NCBI GenBank assembly: GCA_016203135.1
Contig: JACQNI010000025.1
Coordinates: 1 to 48,816 of the forward strand
Direction of reading: 5' to 3'
Length of the DNA stretch: 48,816 nt
Source: Candidatus Woesearchaeota archaeon
GTDB taxonomy: Archaea > Nanobdellota > Nanobdellia > SCGC-AAA011-G17 > JACPNG01
Below, piece after piece: positions 46,328 through 48,816 of this stretch. The translations under genes and the position numbers were made by a program. Position 1 is the first letter of the stretch; each line of letters starts with the position of its first letter. The notes beneath the pieces are model-generated. The model ran no database searches. It saw nothing but the letters and a program-made list of their open reading frames with translations, and was not told the origin of the DNA.

Positions 46328-47327
46328 ATGGAAAAGCTCCCATTTGAAAGAGAACTAAAAATTTTAACAAGAAAAGAGTCAGAAACAGATCCAAGTTTTG
46401 GTGTAATACCAGAAAAAAGATCTACTGAAGAGCTATTAAATTATGGAGTATTAACAATAAACAAACCACAAGGGCCGACTTCACATCAAGTTGCAGATTA
46501 TGTTAAAAAAATACTTCATATAGACAAAGCTGGTCATGGTGGGACTCTAGATAAATAAGAGAAATCCCAATGTAACCGGTATTTTGCCAGTAGCCCTTGG
46601 AAAAGCGACAAGAATAGCTCAAGCATTGTTAAAATCTGGAAAAGAATATGTTTGTATAATGCATTTACACTCAGATATAGACGAAGAAAAAATAAGAAAA
46701 GCAATGCAGGAATACATTGGCAAGATTCAGCAAATGCCTCCAATAAAAAGCGCTGTTAAAAGACAATTAAGAACCAGAGAAATTTATTACATAGACATTC
46801 TTGAAATAAAAGGAAAAGACGTTTTGTTCAAGATTGGCTGCCAAGCAGGAACTTATATAAGAAAATATTGTCATGATTTTGGAAAAAGACTAAATACAGA
46901 TGCACATATGCAGGAATTAATAAGAACAAAAGCCGGCCCTTTTACAGACAAAGAAATGTATTCCTTGCATGACTTGCAAGATGCTTATGTCTTCTACAAA
47001 GAAGGTGATGATAAAGAACTAAGAAAAATAATAAAGCCAATAGAATTCGCAGTTCAACACTTGCCAAAGATCTGGGTTTTTGATTCTGCTGTCGATAGCC
47101 TATGTCATGGCTCTTCTTTATACTTTGGCGGTATATCAAAATTAAATTCTGACATAGAAAAAGAAGATTTGGTTGCAGTTCTGACCTTAAAAAATGAATT
47201 GGTTGGTCTTGGTTATTCAGAAGCAACTAGCAAAGAACTGCTAGAACAAGAAAAAGGAATTGCTGTAAAAACATCAAAGGTTTTTATGGATATAAACATA
47301 TATCAAAAATTAACAAATAAAATATAA
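46328..47327 (+). CDS. cbf5: H/ACA RNA-guided pseudouridine synthase Cbf5 (TruB family); join(46328..46550,46564..47327), 328 aa
   Basis: KPQGPTSH and GHGGTLD|PNVTGILP restored by removing 13 nt; KEY, GTYIR, ELIRT motifs; C-terminal PUA domain. Confidence 0.95.
46551..46563 (+). other. 13-nt BHB pre-mRNA intron in cbf5 (ATAAATAAGAGAA)
   Basis: TGGGA-CTCT-AG^A-T(AAAT)A-AGAG-AA^A-TCCCA. Canonical cuts after the second nt of each bulge rejoin G|AT, the catalytic Asp. Confidence 0.92.
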
Positions 47328-47350
47328 ACAGAAAAAACTTAAAAAATAAC

Positions 47351-48199
47351 ATGAAAATATTAGTTATAGGAGATTTTCACGGAAATTTCTCAAAAAAATT
47401 TAATAAAATAATTGATAAAGAGAATATAAACTTAGTTGTTTCCCTTGGTGATTATCCTCCTTTTCATTACAGAAAAATCTGGTTTAAACATTGTTATCGA
47501 AAAGATGTTGAACTCTGGGAGGTTATAGGAAAGAAAAAATATAAAGAATTAGTTTCTAAGGATTTAAGACTAGCGGAAAACGCATTAAACAAATTAAATA
47601 AACTTAAAGTGCCTATTTATACTACTCTTGGAAATATTGATTGGCCTTCTCCAGATGATATTATGGACATTATGAAGAAAACTAAAAAATCAATGCCAAA
47701 CTTTGATAAAAAGGATAGATTAACAAAAAGATTAAAGAATTATAAAAATATAAAAAGACTTGACTATCGAGCACTAAAGTTTAAAGATTATGTTTTTATT
47801 GGAATGAGGGGGCACAGCCATCCCGGGAAAGTTAAAAGTAAAGCATTTAGAAAACATAAGAAAATCATTGAAGGATTATTTAAAAAATTTAAAAAAGAAA
47901 ATAAAAATAATAAAGTTATTTTTGTTTCTCATAATGTTCCTTACAATACCAAATTAGACAAAATAGGAAAACATGCCCATAAAGAAGTAAGAGGAAAACA
48001 TTTTGGCTCTAAATTAGCAAAAAGAATTATTACAAAGTACCAACCAATTTTAGCTTTGGGAGGCCATATACATGAATCATCTGGAAGAGACAAAATAAAA
48101 AAAACAACCATAATAAATCCGGGCGCAGCAAATGTGGGGAAAGGAGCCATTATTGAAATTGTCAAAGGGAGTATAAAAAATATAGAATTCCTTAAATGA
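47351..48199 (+). CDS. Metallophosphoesterase (calcineurin-like)
   Basis: GDFHG, LGD, GNID, SHNVP, GHIHE, NPG motifs. Confidence 0.9.
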   Translation: MKILVIGDFHGNFSKKFNKIIDKENINLVVSLGDYPPFHYRKIWFKHCYRKDVELWEVIGKKKYKELVSKDLRLAENALNKLNKLKVPIYTTLGNIDWPSPDDIMDIMKKTKKSMPNFDKKDRLTKRLKNYKNIKRLDYRALKFKDYVFIGMRGHSHPGKVKSKAFRKHKKIIEGLFKKFKKENKNNKVIFVSHNVPYNTKLDKIGKHAHKEVRGKHFGSKLAKRIITKYQPILALGGHIHESSGRDKIKKTTIINPGAANVGKGAIIEIVKGSIKNIEFLK

Positions 48200-48285
48200 T
48201 GTTCATATAATTAATAATAGATTTGCAAATTTTTAAGGAATTTATCACAAAAAGCTTATTAATAAGCATTTATCTCTATATAAAT

Positions 48286-48816
48286 ATGAGAGATAAAGTT
48301 TTAAAGATACTTAAAGATTCTATAAAAAAATTTAAAGAGATTAAAAAAATTGAATTAATAGCTATATTCGGTTCTATTCTCAGTAAGAGAAATTCTAATT
48401 TTAAAGATTTAGACATTATCTCAATTTCTGACAAAAATACAAATAAAAAATTTATTTCCCATCTTAAAAAAAATTTAAATGACAATGGATTTAAGACAAT
48501 TATTTTTGAAACAATCACAAAAAAACCAAAAAAGAGAGAAGAAAAAATATTTATCCATAATTTAAATTACATTAGTTTATCTGACTTGCTAAAAAGAGAA
48601 TGGAAATCAGTAATCAACACAATGAAATCAGATATGGTTATCCTACATGGAGATAAAAACTTTAAAAATAAACTACCTTCCTACAAGGTATCTAAAAAAG
48701 AGCTTTTAAATCCAATCAAAAGTTGGTCTAAAAAGATATCAAATGAGGAGGAATTCAAAAATTTTAAAGATTATCTTACTAAAATAACTCCAAGACTATT
48801 AAAGGATTATAATTAC
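48286..48816 (+). CDS. Nucleotidyltransferase domain protein (Pol beta superfamily), runs off window edge
   Basis: Manual translation MRDKVLK...IAIFGSILSKRNSNFKDLDII gives the GS...DxD motif; open to the window end. Confidence 0.72.
   Translation, partial: MRDKVLKILKDSIKKFKEIKKIELIAIFGSILSKRNSNFKDLDIISISDKNTNKKFISHLKKNLNDNGFKTIIFETITKKPKKREEKIFIHNLNYISLSDLLKREWKSVINTMKSDMVILHGDKNFKNKLPSYKVSKKELLNPIKSWSKKISNEEEFKNFKDYLTKITPRLLKDYNY

Noticed and set aside
46328..47327. cbf5 as a frameshifted pseudogene or naturally split two-gene enzyme
   Set aside because: Both halves are otherwise intact, and the 13-nt insert forms a BHB whose canonical cut sites exactly restore the catalytic motif. An intron explains this better.
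48276..48518. 80-aa minus-strand ORF
   Set aside because: It is antisense to a plus-strand nucleotidyltransferase ORF starting at 48286 that has a recognisable GS...DxD motif.
1..48816. CRISPR arrays, rRNA, IS elements, box C/D sRNAs
   Set aside because: No regularly spaced repeats, long GC-rich structured tracts, transposase motifs or convincing paired C/D boxes were seen in the short intergenic spaces. Small guide RNAs could be missed by eye.

Overview
AT-rich, very compact archaeal chromosome segment, most consistent with a DPANN archaeon (Woesearchaeota/Pacearchaeota-like). That placement is an inference from gene content, many class III signal-peptide proteins and short overlapping or leaderless genes. 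1-19 kb is a surface-glycosylation region: epimerase, GT2, GT9, several multi-TM GT-C-like proteins, aglB and an S-layer gene, interspersed with queC and a 64-aa aIF5A-like gene. 19-27 kb holds pilin-like proteins, deoxyhypusine synthase and a 1187-aa Cys-rich surface protein. 27-48.8 kb is mostly informational genes: PCNA, TFS, RpoL, MBF1, ScpB, aRF1, ValRS, tRNA-Phe, S19e, L39e, L31e, Cbf5. Three intervening elements lie within about 7.5 kb, each at a functionally critical position. (1) A 13-nt bulge-helix-bulge (BHB) mRNA intron splits the catalytic Asp codon of cbf5; the ORF track shows this gene as two broken ORFs. (2) A 131-aa mini-intein is inserted directly after the GGQ motif of aRF1. 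(3) A 30-nt BHB-type intron lies at non-canonical position 15/16 of tRNA-Phe(GAA). No CRISPR array, rRNA or transposase was seen. All calls come from reading motifs by eye; no database searches were run.
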